Shown: positions 31,337-40,177 of the stretch, one piece after another
Layout of the letters: each line of letters starts with the position of its first letter
How positions within the stretch are numbered: position 1 is the stretch's first letter
Origin: Chlamydiales bacterium
Lineage (GTDB): Bacteria > Chlamydiota > Chlamydiia > Chlamydiales > JACKPQ01
Direction: 5' to 3'
Assembly: GCA_024233435.1 (NCBI GenBank)
Contig: JACKPQ010000002.1
Location: forward strand, 320,286-384,285
DNA length: 64,000 bases
Position numbers and translations under genes: made by a program
Notes under the pieces: generated by a model
What the model saw: the letters and a program-made list of their open reading frames with translations, nothing else
The model's database searches: none
Told to the model about the DNA's origin: nothing

Positions 31337-31394
31337 ATATATATAATTCTTTTCCGTAAAGAATAATTTTAGGGTCAATTCGGTATGGCCAGCT

Positions 31395-31733
31395 TCACAG
31401 TCGATTAAGTTCTTTTAAGAGATCGCCAGTAGACGAATACAATTTTCCGGTCCACTCAGAAATATTGCGAGATTGCGTGCTGAAGTTAATCCCAATGACA
31501 GCAAGCTGACGATTTTGATGGGAGTATTTGCGGTTAGCATCAGCTGTTTTGGTGCAGCTTAAATTGTCTATAATGGGTTTATCATACTCATCGACTAGCA
31601 CGACGACTTCAGCTATTTGAGAAAGCTTTTTCACCAAATTAGCAAGGCCTTCTTGTAATGTAGGTGTATCGATTGAAACTCCATAATTTAATGCAATTTC
31701 TGACAGTGATCTTTCGATGCTTTTTTCTAATTG
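31395..31733 (-). pseudogene. 3' fragment of the AAA-ATPase-like gene, duplicated with unit 2
   Basis: Same 112 codons as 28960-29298 and the same chimeric 170-aa track ORF (31395-31907). Confidence 0.8.
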
Positions 31734-31743
31734 ATGCACAAGC

Positions 31744-33771
31744 TTAAGGCGGTGTGCACCCTGAGGAGTAAGTGACTGTACCAGCAGTGACAACAGGCCC
31801 CGTGTTACTAGTTGTGACAGTTGCCATGGAGTCAACCATGTTGAGGTCTTCAAGGCTGAACGTTGTCGCGGTGTTGCCAAGAAGCTCAAGACAACCAAAA
31901 GGAGCACTTACAATAGATTCGACGCGGATAGCGTTTGTCAGTGCCACGTTGTTTGTTATGCTTGCATACTTATTATAAAAAGGCGGAACAAATGGATTGG
32001 TGAATTGATGGAAAATACCGTTTGCTACAAGAGAAGAGCTTACCGTATTGTTCGAGATAACAATGCTCGACAAACCGGACTGTTCCGTAACAGCAATTGC
32101 TTCATTTCCTGCAGTTACCATATTTCCATCAATGATAATGGTATTTAGTGAGGGGTTACTTTGAATAGCGAATATTCGAATGCCGGTGTTGATCGGGGAA
32201 GTGATGGTATTGTTTTGTATTAAAGTGGCAGAAGTGTTGACGTTGTTAACTTCGATACTAGCTCCACCAAACCCAGTCAGATCGGTATCTACAATTGTGT
32301 TATTGCTCACGTCTATTATACCATTAACATTAACAGTTGTGATAAATGGCATGCCCGTTGTGAAAGAATTGTTTTGGATGAATGTATCTTCTAAGCCAAA
32401 TAGATTGAAGTAGGAAAAGCCGGTTGATAGCCCTGTTGTGACAGACGAATTTACCAAAGTAAATGCGGTGCTTCCTATCGAAGTTTGTGCGCCAAAAAAG
32501 CCACCTACAAACTCAAAGGCGTTAACAGATACTGCCCCTCCTTGCAATTCAAAAATAGTCCCAAACATATCCACGTGGTCGAGCGCCGGTGCAATGGCTG
32601 TTTGTGCTGGGAAAACGATCCCATCTACAGTATGGGCGATGCCTGATCCTAAGAAGAACAAGTCGTGAGGCACAGTGACAAGGGCACTTGGCCCTGGCGT
32701 TGTGTAATTAATGCCAGTTCCATAGACGTATATGCAATCGCCAGCAACTGAAGCGTCAACAGCTTCCTGAATTGTTTGAAAGGGCATTTCAAATGTGCCA
32801 TCACCGCCAGCTGGAGCAGTATTGTCAACGAAGATACAATTGATCGTTGTGGACCCTGAACCTGATCCAGTAGTAAGAGCGCTGATCCTACTTGTGTTAC
32901 AAACAGGGATAATTTCTTGGCGGATGACCCCTTGCGTCATGCGGCGTTGCATTTTGGCAGACGCAATGCACTCTTGCAGGTACCAATTCCTCCACCGTTT
33001 ACCTCTAGTGCGAATAGTATTAGGTCCTAAGGGAAAGCTCAATGATGCGTAACCATTAGCTCGGGTTTTGTATTCGCGGTCATAGCTGATTTCTCCACCA
33101 ATAGAGATGCCATCGAAGATCAAAACACCCAACCGTGCCATACCGCCCCAGGAAGCGCCGCAGCGCTTGCCAAGCAAGTGTTTTTCAAATAGATAGTAAG
33201 GGCCAATTGATAAATAGGGATCGACTACCAGTCCAGGAATAGGAATTCCAAATTCTGCTCCGATATTTGGAAGAGCTGTTGTTGCTTTTTGTTTAATGTA
33301 AAGGGTATTGCCTGAAGCATAGGCAAATCGACGAGGAGTTTTACCGGTATCGTTACTTATTGGGATATAGCCGTTGAGTCTGAAGTCGACGTAAGGGTTT
33401 AACACTTCAAGACCAGGGCCTATTTGGTGCGCCCTTAGATTTCTTGCATCGCGAAAGTCATAGTAGCAGTTCGCTCCAAATGCCCACTGACCGGTCGCAA
33501 ATCGCGATCCAATGCCAACGTTTGATGCTGTGCGCCCATCATTAAACATATGCCCTCGCATATCGAGAAATGGCTGGAAGTTTCTTTGCCAATTTGGCGT
33601 TAAGAATCCAGAGACGGTTCCATATCCCTGGCGATAGCCAACGCCTTCAGGCGCGCGATATCTCATTGATGCGTGTGAGGGGGTTCCGCGAATGCATGAG
33701 GTTTGCGCAAAACCCTGCACCAGGAACATAAAAGTGATGATCCAAAATTTCTTATCCACTGCTTCATACAT
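31744..33771 (-). CDS. Surface protein, copy 3 (inverse-autotransporter-like barrel plus beta-helix passenger)
   Basis: The 689-aa track ORF runs to 33813, with a probable start at 33771. Its translation is identical to copy 2. Confidence 0.75.
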   Translation of the reverse strand: MYEAVDKKFWIITFMFLVQGFAQTSCIRGTPSHASMRYRAPEGVGYRQGYGTVSGFLTPNWQRNFQPFLDMRGHMFNDGRTASNVGIGSRFATGQWAFGANCYYDFRDARNLRAHQIGPGLEVLNPYVDFRLNGYIPISNDTGKTPRRFAYASGNTLYIKQKATTALPNIGAEFGIPIPGLVVDPYLSIGPYYLFEKHLLGKRCGASWGGMARLGVLIFDGISIGGEISYDREYKTRANGYASLSFPLGPNTIRTRGKRWRNWYLQECIASAKMQRRMTQGVIRQEIIPVCNTSRISALTTGSGSGSTTINCIFVDNTAPAGGDGTFEMPFQTIQEAVDASVAGDCIYVYGTGINYTTPGPSALVTVPHDLFFLGSGIAHTVDGIVFPAQTAIAPALDHVDMFGTIFELQGGAVSVNAFEFVGGFFGAQTSIGSTAFTLVNSSVTTGLSTGFSYFNLFGLEDTFIQNNSFTTGMPFITTVNVNGIIDVSNNTIVDTDLTGFGGASIEVNNVNTSATLIQNNTITSPINTGIRIFAIQSNPSLNTIIIDGNMVTAGNEAIAVTEQSGLSSIVISNNTVSSSLVANGIFHQFTNPFVPPFYNKYASITNNVALTNAIRVESIVSAPFGCLELLGNTATTFSLEDLNMVDSMATVTTSNTGPVVTAGTVTYSSGCTPP

Positions 33772-33829
33772 ATATATATAATTCTTTTCCGTAAAGAATA
33801 ATTTTAGGGTCAATTCGGTATGGCCAGCT

Positions 33830-34462
33830 TCACAGTCGATTAAGTTCTTTTAAGAGATCGCCAGTAGACGAATACAATTTTCCGGTCCACTCAGAAATAT
33901 TGCGAGATTGCGTGCTGAAGTTAATCCCAATGACAGCAAGCTGACGATTTTGATGGGAGTATTTGCGGTTAGCATCAGCTGTTTTGGTGCAGCTTAAATT
34001 GTCTATAATGGGTTTATCATACTCATCGACTAGCACGACGACTTCAGCTATTTGAGAAAGCTTTTTCACCAAATTAGCAAGGCCTTCTTGTAATGTAGGT
34101 GTATCGATTGAAACTCCATAATTTAATGCAATTTCTGACAGTGATCTTTCGATGCTTTTTTCTAATTGCTCGGTTGTCTTATTAGGAATTTGAGTGAAAT
34201 CAAAATGAATGATAGGATGCTCAGTCCACGTGTAATCACTTTTACTAATGGAGCAATCTTTGAATAAAGCTTGATTTCCCTTCAAGATCTCTTCAAGTGT
34301 GCTAATAAAAAGGGACTTCCCAAACCGCCTTGGTCTTGACATGAAGTAATACTTTCCATTATCGATAAGCCGCTTTGCATCTGCGGTTTTATCGACGTAG
34401 GCATAGCCCCCTTCCAGGATCACACGGATAGACTGGATGCCGATGGGTAACTTTTTTATCAT
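33830..34462 (-). CDS. AAA-ATPase-like / PD-(D/E)XK family protein, internally shortened (possible pseudogene)
   Basis: 210 aa. The N-terminus KLPIGIQSIRVILEGGYAYVDKTADAKRLI..GKYYFMSRPRRFGKSLFISTLE is the hallmark of the 'predicted AAA-ATPase' family. A Walker-B-like VLVDEYD is followed almost immediately by the family's extreme C-terminal motif (LAVIGINFSTQSRNISEW). Family members are usually more than 450 aa. Confidence 0.65.
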   Translation of the reverse strand: MIKKLPIGIQSIRVILEGGYAYVDKTADAKRLIDNGKYYFMSRPRRFGKSLFISTLEEILKGNQALFKDCSISKSDYTWTEHPIIHFDFTQIPNKTTEQLEKSIERSLSEIALNYGVSIDTPTLQEGLANLVKKLSQIAEVVVLVDEYDKPIIDNLSCTKTADANRKYSHQNRQLAVIGINFSTQSRNISEWTGKLYSSTGDLLKELNRL

Positions 34463-34508
34463 TAATTATGACTCCTACATAGGAGAGTAACAAAAAATTT
34501 TCTCAAAA

Positions 34509-35714
34509 TCAACAAGCGCTTTCAAGCGGTTCTTGAGTGCGAAGCTCTTTGTCGGTGATGGCAGTCACGCAGCTATCAGACCAGACGTTGAGGGCAGTCT
34601 CGACCATATCAAAGATGGAATAAAGGGGAAGGATGAGCCCCATGAGCTCAAGGCGCACATTGAAGCCGATGAGGAAGGCGCTGGTAAGGAAATAGCACCC
34701 CATGGGCACACCTGCGTTGCCAATGGCGGCAATTGATGCGATGGCAATCCATGGAAGCATTTGGGGTAGGGTGAGCGCATATCCAGAACTTGAAAGTACG
34801 AACAGCACAGTGATGAGAATGAAAGCTGCGCAACCGTTCATGTTAATGACTGAGCAAAGGGGAAAGCTAAATGAGCTCACTCTTGGACTGAGGTTGGCAT
34901 TCTTTTGAGCGCTGGAAAGGGCAAGCGGCAGAGCTGCATTCGAGGATTTAGAAAAGAAAGCTGTGGCAAGAGCAGGGAACATAGCGCGCGCAAGCTTAAG
35001 AGGGGCGATTCCTTTACTTTTGAGAAGAAGCGGAAGGGCGATTAGACCTTGGATAAGATTGGCGCCAATCACTGTGCAGGCGTATAAGAGGAGGGGTTTT
35101 ATAGGCGCATCGCCACTGATAAGCTGATTTGTGAGCATAACGGTGAAGCAGAAAACGCCAATGGGTAAAATGCGCACGATGCCACTGGATACTTTTAAAA
35201 GTGCTTGAAAAAGAGCTTGGAAAAAGGTTTGCAAGGGGGCTTTATGTTCTTTTGGCAAGCGGAGAATGGCAAAGCTTAAAATGGTCGCGATAAAAGCAAC
35301 GCTGATAACATTATTTTCTGCAAAGGGTTGAATGATATTGGAGGGGATGAGTGATTTTATAAAGGATAAGTAGCTGGGCAGATGAATGTCTGGTGCTGCG
35401 GTGGCTGGCAAATAGCCAGTTGCCTGGGGTTTGATTTGTAAGAAAAGAATTAAAGCAATTGTAGCAGATAGAAGTGTTGTTAGAACTGTGTAAGTAACAA
35501 TTTTGCGCAATAGATGTTTGGCTTCGCGCAGGCTAGTCATGTTTGTAATTGTTGCAACAATCGACAGAAAAATGACAGGCAAGCTAATCATTTTCAAAAA
35601 ATTAATGAATAAACCTGAGAGTACTTTTGCAGAAACAAATACAATGGGCTGATTCAACAATCCAGCGCAAGCGCCCAATACAAATGCTAATAAAATAAAA
35701 ATATTTGATTTCAT
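34509..35714 (-). CDS. Dicarboxylate/amino acid:cation symporter (DAACS family)
   Basis: 401 aa and polytopic, with an N-terminal pattern ...FINFLKMISLPVIFLSIV and a C-terminal ...AGVPMG...LPLYSIFDM..TALNVWSD typical of GltP/SstT-type carriers. Confidence 0.82.
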   Translation of the reverse strand: MKSNIFILLAFVLGACAGLLNQPIVFVSAKVLSGLFINFLKMISLPVIFLSIVATITNMTSLREAKHLLRKIVTYTVLTTLLSATIALILFLQIKPQATGYLPATAAPDIHLPSYLSFIKSLIPSNIIQPFAENNVISVAFIATILSFAILRLPKEHKAPLQTFFQALFQALLKVSSGIVRILPIGVFCFTVMLTNQLISGDAPIKPLLLYACTVIGANLIQGLIALPLLLKSKGIAPLKLARAMFPALATAFFSKSSNAALPLALSSAQKNANLSPRVSSFSFPLCSVINMNGCAAFILITVLFVLSSSGYALTLPQMLPWIAIASIAAIGNAGVPMGCYFLTSAFLIGFNVRLELMGLILPLYSIFDMVETALNVWSDSCVTAITDKELRTQEPLESAC

Positions 35715-35723
35715 CTCATTATT

Positions 35724-36176
35724 TTACGACAAGTGGGCGTTTTGGTCGACAGATATTTGCCTTAATAGGGCAATCTGGCGATCACTTAAGGAGTTGAGGT
35801 CTACCCATTGGCCATTTTCAGCGAGCTTGCTATCATCAAAATCTTTGATTTCGACAAAAAAAGTGATGGTATTGCTATCTAGTGGATCAAAAATTTCTCT
35901 CATCCACTGCATGTTTGAGGTTCTTTTTGCGACAATGCCAGTTTCGTTAGCAAATTCCTTAAGAGCGCACTCACGAGGGGTTTCCCCGATTTTGAGGTGG
36001 CAGCTTGGGGGCGTCCAGCTCACGCTGCCTTTTTGGTCGATGTGTTTTGTCAGTAAAATTTTTCCATCTTTTATTGCGATGGCAACCACCCCCACATGTG
36101 GGAATGGCGGCTGGGAAGCGAACAGTGATAAAAGCCCTATTAAGCAGACTGCAATAAGTGTTAGTAATCTACGCAT
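35724..36176 (-). CDS. Nudix-like hydrolase with N-terminal signal/anchor and degenerate Nudix box
   Basis: 150 aa. The Nudix-box position reads C-HLKIG-E-TPRECAL-KEFANETGI, against the consensus GX5EX7REUXEEXGU (G to C, R to K, E to N). The N-terminus MRRLLTLIAVCLIGLLSLFA is hydrophobic. Confidence 0.6.
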   Translation of the reverse strand: MRRLLTLIAVCLIGLLSLFASQPPFPHVGVVAIAIKDGKILLTKHIDQKGSVSWTPPSCHLKIGETPRECALKEFANETGIVAKRTSNMQWMREIFDPLDSNTITFFVEIKDFDDSKLAENGQWVDLNSLSDRQIALLRQISVDQNAHLS

Positions 36177-36213
36177 GGCTCCAAGCTTAACGCGTAGCGA
36201 TATGTAAAGTCAA

Positions 36214-36720
36214 CTATTTTTTAATAACGACGCGTTCGGCAGTGAAAAGTTCATAAAGAGCAAAGATCCCCATTACTATGAAAATAGTGTAGAACATGGG
36301 CGGGATTGACACATTTAAAACAAGTGCAATCAGAGTCATAAATTGCACAGCTGTGGAAATTTTACCCCACAAAATAGAGCGAAAGGGATAGTTTTTCCAT
36401 TTGCGAAGAGCTGTTAAGTAAACTGCAAATAAAACTAGGGCTACATCGCGCGAGAGCATAGCGCAGGCTTGCCATAGAGCCAAATGATGATCCATCAGCA
36501 GTACAGTTAGGCAGACATAGACAAAAAATTTGTCCATGACGGGATCTAAAATGGCACCAAAACGGGTTGCTGTTTTAGAGCGCCTTGCGACAAATCCATC
36601 AATTGAATCGGTGAACATAGCCAAGAGGACTGCCCATAATCGTGCCATTGGGGAGCCGTAGGCAAATAGAAATGCCAAAGGAAGTCGGGCAAAGCTCAGA
36701 CAGTTTGAAATGGTAAACAT
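36214..36720 (-). CDS. CDP-alcohol phosphatidyltransferase (PgsA-like)
   Basis: 168 aa with the motif DSIDGFVARR....FGAILDPVMDK (D-x2-DG-x2-AR...G-x3-D-x3-D) and multiple TMs. Confidence 0.85.
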   Translation of the reverse strand: MFTISNCLSFARLPLAFLFAYGSPMARLWAVLLAMFTDSIDGFVARRSKTATRFGAILDPVMDKFFVYVCLTVLLMDHHLALWQACAMLSRDVALVLFAVYLTALRKWKNYPFRSILWGKISTAVQFMTLIALVLNVSIPPMFYTIFIVMGIFALYELFTAERVVIKK

Positions 36721-37329
36721 TTACTTTGGTGCTTTTTTCTTCTTTTTATACCAAACTAAAGAAATTACAGCCAAGGCGAATGCGCTAAATATAGCGATAT
36801 TGAAGGTTTTTAGGTTAGACATCAGGCTTGCGCTATTGGCGCACGCATAGTAAAAAACGGTGAACGAAGCAGTTGCCCAAAGAGTGCAAGCAATCCCATC
36901 AAAGAGCATAAACTTTTTAAAGGACATGCGGCTGAGCCCAGAGCTCATGAACATGCAATTGCGCACGCCAAAGGGGATAAACCTGCCAACGATAAATGTC
37001 CAGAGGCCGTATTTTTGATAAAAGTGCTTAGACTTTTCAAGGCGCTTTTCGTTAAAGGTTGCTCGGAAAAAGCGTAGCTGCATGAGTTTTGGGCCCAGTT
37101 TGCGTCCCAGCCAATAAGCAATCCATGCTGAGATCAAGCAACCGCTTAAGGTAAAGGCAAAGATCTGAAAAATGTTTTCAGGCATGATATGCGCTGCGAG
37201 CAGTGCGCTACAAATCATCATCAAATCGATGCTGATTGGGATATTTAACCCTGCAAGAAGAATGGATCCAAAGATCAGCCAGTGGGCGTAGTCTTTGTGC
37301 TCAACAATAAGATTGGTAAGTGCTTCCAT
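36721..37329 (-). CDS. DedA/SNARE-associated family membrane protein
   Basis: 202 aa with DedA-type topology and a conserved GRFIPFGVRN motif. Confidence 0.8.
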   Translation of the reverse strand: MEALTNLIVEHKDYAHWLIFGSILLAGLNIPISIDLMMICSALLAAHIMPENIFQIFAFTLSGCLISAWIAYWLGRKLGPKLMQLRFFRATFNEKRLEKSKHFYQKYGLWTFIVGRFIPFGVRNCMFMSSGLSRMSFKKFMLFDGIACTLWATASFTVFYYACANSASLMSNLKTFNIAIFSAFALAVISLVWYKKKKKAPK

Positions 37330-37332
37330 GCT

Positions 37333-38856
37333 TTAAGTTGCTACCGGTTGTGGGTCAGTTCCAGTATCAAGGGCAGGAGGCTGTGGCTCTGAAATTGCGT
37401 GGAATTTATGACCAAGAGACTTGACAGCGGCAATCCAGGCTCCAACGACAATAAAGAGTAACACAGCGATGTAAGGTGTGCTGAGTGAAATGCTACCAAA
37501 AATCATTAAAAATCCTTGGTGTAAAAGCGAGCCGCCAGACTTTCCAAGGCGGGAGCCCACTCCGTCAATAGCTGATTTGCCTTTGAGTTTAGACTCTTGG
37601 CTAAGTGGAACGAAGGATAATTCTTTTGTGGCATCGAAAACAGTGTATTTACTGGCTCTGGCAAAGCAGTTTTGGACTGCGCCGAGGAAGACGCCAAGAG
37701 CCAGAGGTGTCATACCAAAGAGCCCAATTGCAGACCCCCAGTCGCTATTATGCATGAGAAGGAGTGAGAAAAACGCAATGCCTGTCACGCACATGATTAC
37801 AGGGGTGATAAGGGCGCTAAATGTCCATCCCATCCTGCGCATGCTGGCGCCTGTGACAAAGACTGCCATAAAAGTCGAAAGTACGCCCATCATGGCAACA
37901 ACGCGCCCCATGTAGGCGTTGTAATCGGCGGGATTGGGGCAGAGTAACTTAAGTTGGTCTTTCCAGACGACCTCAATCATGTTAAGCGAGATGTTGTAGG
38001 CAAGTACCACAATGGCGATGCAGATGAGATAGGGCGATTTAGCAAGATAGGCAAAGCTCTCCCTTAGTCCGAGCTTGATTTTAGGCTTTGAGCGCCCCTC
38101 GCGCGCATGCTCGGGATCGATCACCGAGCGGCAATACCAGCGGTAGATGAGGATCGCAAGGGCTCCTATCACTAGGAGTACGCCGGTAATGAGCATCACG
38201 GAGACACCCCAAGGATCGGTGGTATGGCTTAATTTGCTTGCAATCCAGCCACTTGAAAGGGAAGCTGAGGCCCAGCCTGCGAAAATGGAGGCAACATTGG
38301 CTCCTAGTCCATAGATCGCATAAAAGCGTTTAGCATCATTGACATTGGTCACTTGGTTTGCAAATCCCCAAAAAAGGACCGTCATGACCATCGTACCCCA
38401 AAGCTCACTGACGACATAGAAAAGGGTGAATGTCCAGTTCCGTATCATGGCAACTAAACCGTTAAGCCCTTTAGGTAAAGCGGCTTGCATCGTATCTGCT
38501 AATCCATGGGGATGCAAAAAATCTTGAAGAGGGTAAAGCACAAAGCCAAAAAGGGCAAAAAAGGCCAAAAATCCTGTGATCATGATGTAAAAAGTCCGAT
38601 CACGGCCGAATCGATTGGACAACCTGGTAAAAACAAAAGTCGCGAGCAGAGCCATTGGAAGAATTGCCCAAACCTTGATAAAGGGGATTGCTTCTGCACC
38701 AGATGAGGGGGCTGTGATGATTAGAGCATCTTTTACGCCACGTAAAAGGCTGTAGTTAAAGCAAACCAAGGCGTAGATAACAAGCAAGGGCAGGAAGCGT
38801 TTGAGCTCAGAGCGGTGTAGGGGCCAAATCCATCGGCGCCACCGGCTAAATTCCAT
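37333..38856 (-). CDS. ntt: Nucleotide transporter (ADP/ATP translocase, Ntt/Tlc family)
   Basis: 507 aa and about 12 TMs. The N-terminus ...ELKRFLPLLVIYALVCFNYSLLRGVKDALIIT...IPFIKVW is characteristic of chlamydial/rickettsial/plastid NTTs. Confidence 0.92.
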   Translation of the reverse strand: MEFSRWRRWIWPLHRSELKRFLPLLVIYALVCFNYSLLRGVKDALIITAPSSGAEAIPFIKVWAILPMALLATFVFTRLSNRFGRDRTFYIMITGFLAFFALFGFVLYPLQDFLHPHGLADTMQAALPKGLNGLVAMIRNWTFTLFYVVSELWGTMVMTVLFWGFANQVTNVNDAKRFYAIYGLGANVASIFAGWASASLSSGWIASKLSHTTDPWGVSVMLITGVLLVIGALAILIYRWYCRSVIDPEHAREGRSKPKIKLGLRESFAYLAKSPYLICIAIVVLAYNISLNMIEVVWKDQLKLLCPNPADYNAYMGRVVAMMGVLSTFMAVFVTGASMRRMGWTFSALITPVIMCVTGIAFFSLLLMHNSDWGSAIGLFGMTPLALGVFLGAVQNCFARASKYTVFDATKELSFVPLSQESKLKGKSAIDGVGSRLGKSGGSLLHQGFLMIFGSISLSTPYIAVLLFIVVGAWIAAVKSLGHKFHAISEPQPPALDTGTDPQPVAT

Positions 38857-38914
38857 GAGTACCTTGTTTCAATGTTATTCCCATATGCAGGGTGCTTTAA
38901 CTTGTACTCCTCTC

Positions 38915-38942
38915 ATTATACATAAATTTACCTTCACTTCAA
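38915..38942 (-). promoter_or_regulatory. Candidate sigma70-type promoter of ntt (TTGAAG-16 nt-TATAAT)
   Basis: On the minus strand, the -35 TTGAAG is at 38942-38937 and a perfect -10 TATAAT is at 38920-38915, about 55 nt upstream of the ATG. Sequence reading only. Confidence 0.3.
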
Positions 38943-38957
38943 GATAAAGACATTTAT

Positions 38958-40139
38958 TTAATGATCTAGGGCGTCAATTCCAGGTAGATGGCCATGCTCA
39001 ATAAATTCTAGAGCAGCACCACCGCCAGTAGAGAGGTGAGTAAAATATTTACTTAACCTTAATTGATTGACTGCTGAAACGGAGTCGCCACCTCCGACGA
39101 CGGTCATAGCGTCCATCTGTGATAAGAGTTCTGCCAGCTTTTTTGTTCCTTCTGCAAATTCATCGACCTCAAAGATCCCCATTGGACCGTTCCAGAAAAT
39201 GGTCGCGGCGCTTTTCAGAGAGGGGCTCCAGTCTTCAATTGTCGAAGGGCCGATATCCATCCCTTGCCAGCCATCAGGTAATCCTGCCTTCACAGGAAAT
39301 GCTTTGATTTCAGGCTCATCAATAAAGTTGCGCCCCATCAAAATATCTGTGGGGAGCCAGAATTTAATCGCCTTTTCCTCGCAAGTTTTCATAATCGAGC
39401 GTGCCTGATCAAGGTATGCATCGTCGCAAAGGCTATTTCCAATGGAGATGCCTTGGGCTTTTAAAAACGTAAAGGCCATCGCACCGCCAATAAATAAACC
39501 ATCAACTTTTTCAAGTAGCGCGGCGAGCACTCCAATTTTAGTGCTGATTTTTGCTCCACCGAGTACGGCATAAAAAGGGCGTTTCGGATTTAAGGTAAGT
39601 GGGGTTAGGTGAGTGATCTCATTTTCCATCAGAAATCCAGAGGCGCATCTTTCAGGAAAGAACCTAGGCAAGACGTAAGTAGATGTATGCTTGCGGTGCG
39701 CGGCTCCAAAAGCGTCATCGACGTAGATCTCTCCAAGGCTTGCAAGCTGCTTGGCAAAATCAGGGTCCTTTTCAGGATGCTCTTCACCCACATGCCATCG
39801 CAAATTTTCAAGCATCAGCACATCGCCATTTTCCATGGACATCGCAAGCGTTTTAACTTGGTCTCCAATACAATCGGGAGCAAGTTTGACTTCGCGATCG
39901 ATCATCTCTTGCAGCTTCTTAGCGCAGCTTTTAAGTGAAAGCTCTTTTGCTTTAGGTCTTCCAAGATGGCTCATTAAAATGAGCTTTGCGCCTTGTTTAA
40001 TTGCGTACTCAATTGATGGGAGGGCATTTTTGATGCGCGTTACATCCTTGATTTCGTCACCGTCCATAGGCACGTTAAAATCAACGCGCATCAGCACGCG
40101 CTTTCCTGTAAGGTCTAAATCCTGTATCGACCGAATCAT
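38958..40139 (-). CDS. pgk: Phosphoglycerate kinase
   Basis: 393 aa with RVDFNVP, the FWNGPMG motif and STGGGA. Confidence 0.96.
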   Translation of the reverse strand: MIRSIQDLDLTGKRVLMRVDFNVPMDGDEIKDVTRIKNALPSIEYAIKQGAKLILMSHLGRPKAKELSLKSCAKKLQEMIDREVKLAPDCIGDQVKTLAMSMENGDVLMLENLRWHVGEEHPEKDPDFAKQLASLGEIYVDDAFGAAHRKHTSTYVLPRFFPERCASGFLMENEITHLTPLTLNPKRPFYAVLGGAKISTKIGVLAALLEKVDGLFIGGAMAFTFLKAQGISIGNSLCDDAYLDQARSIMKTCEEKAIKFWLPTDILMGRNFIDEPEIKAFPVKAGLPDGWQGMDIGPSTIEDWSPSLKSAATIFWNGPMGIFEVDEFAEGTKKLAELLSQMDAMTVVGGGDSVSAVNQLRLSKYFTHLSTGGGAALEFIEHGHLPGIDALDH

Positions 40140-40177
40140 GCGATAACTCCCTTCATTGCTGATTGTAGCTTAAAGGT

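Larger units (their letters stand above)
26862..34168 (-). repeat. Head-to-tail triplication of a 2.43-kb unit (2429 + 2435 + 2435 bp) bounded by the octamer TCTAATTG
   Basis: Units are 26862-29290, 29291-31725 and 31726-34160. TCTAATTG occurs at 26862, 29291, 31726 and 34161. Flanks outside these points are unique. All ORFs recur at +2429/+2435 offsets with identical or near-identical translations. Confidence 0.95.
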
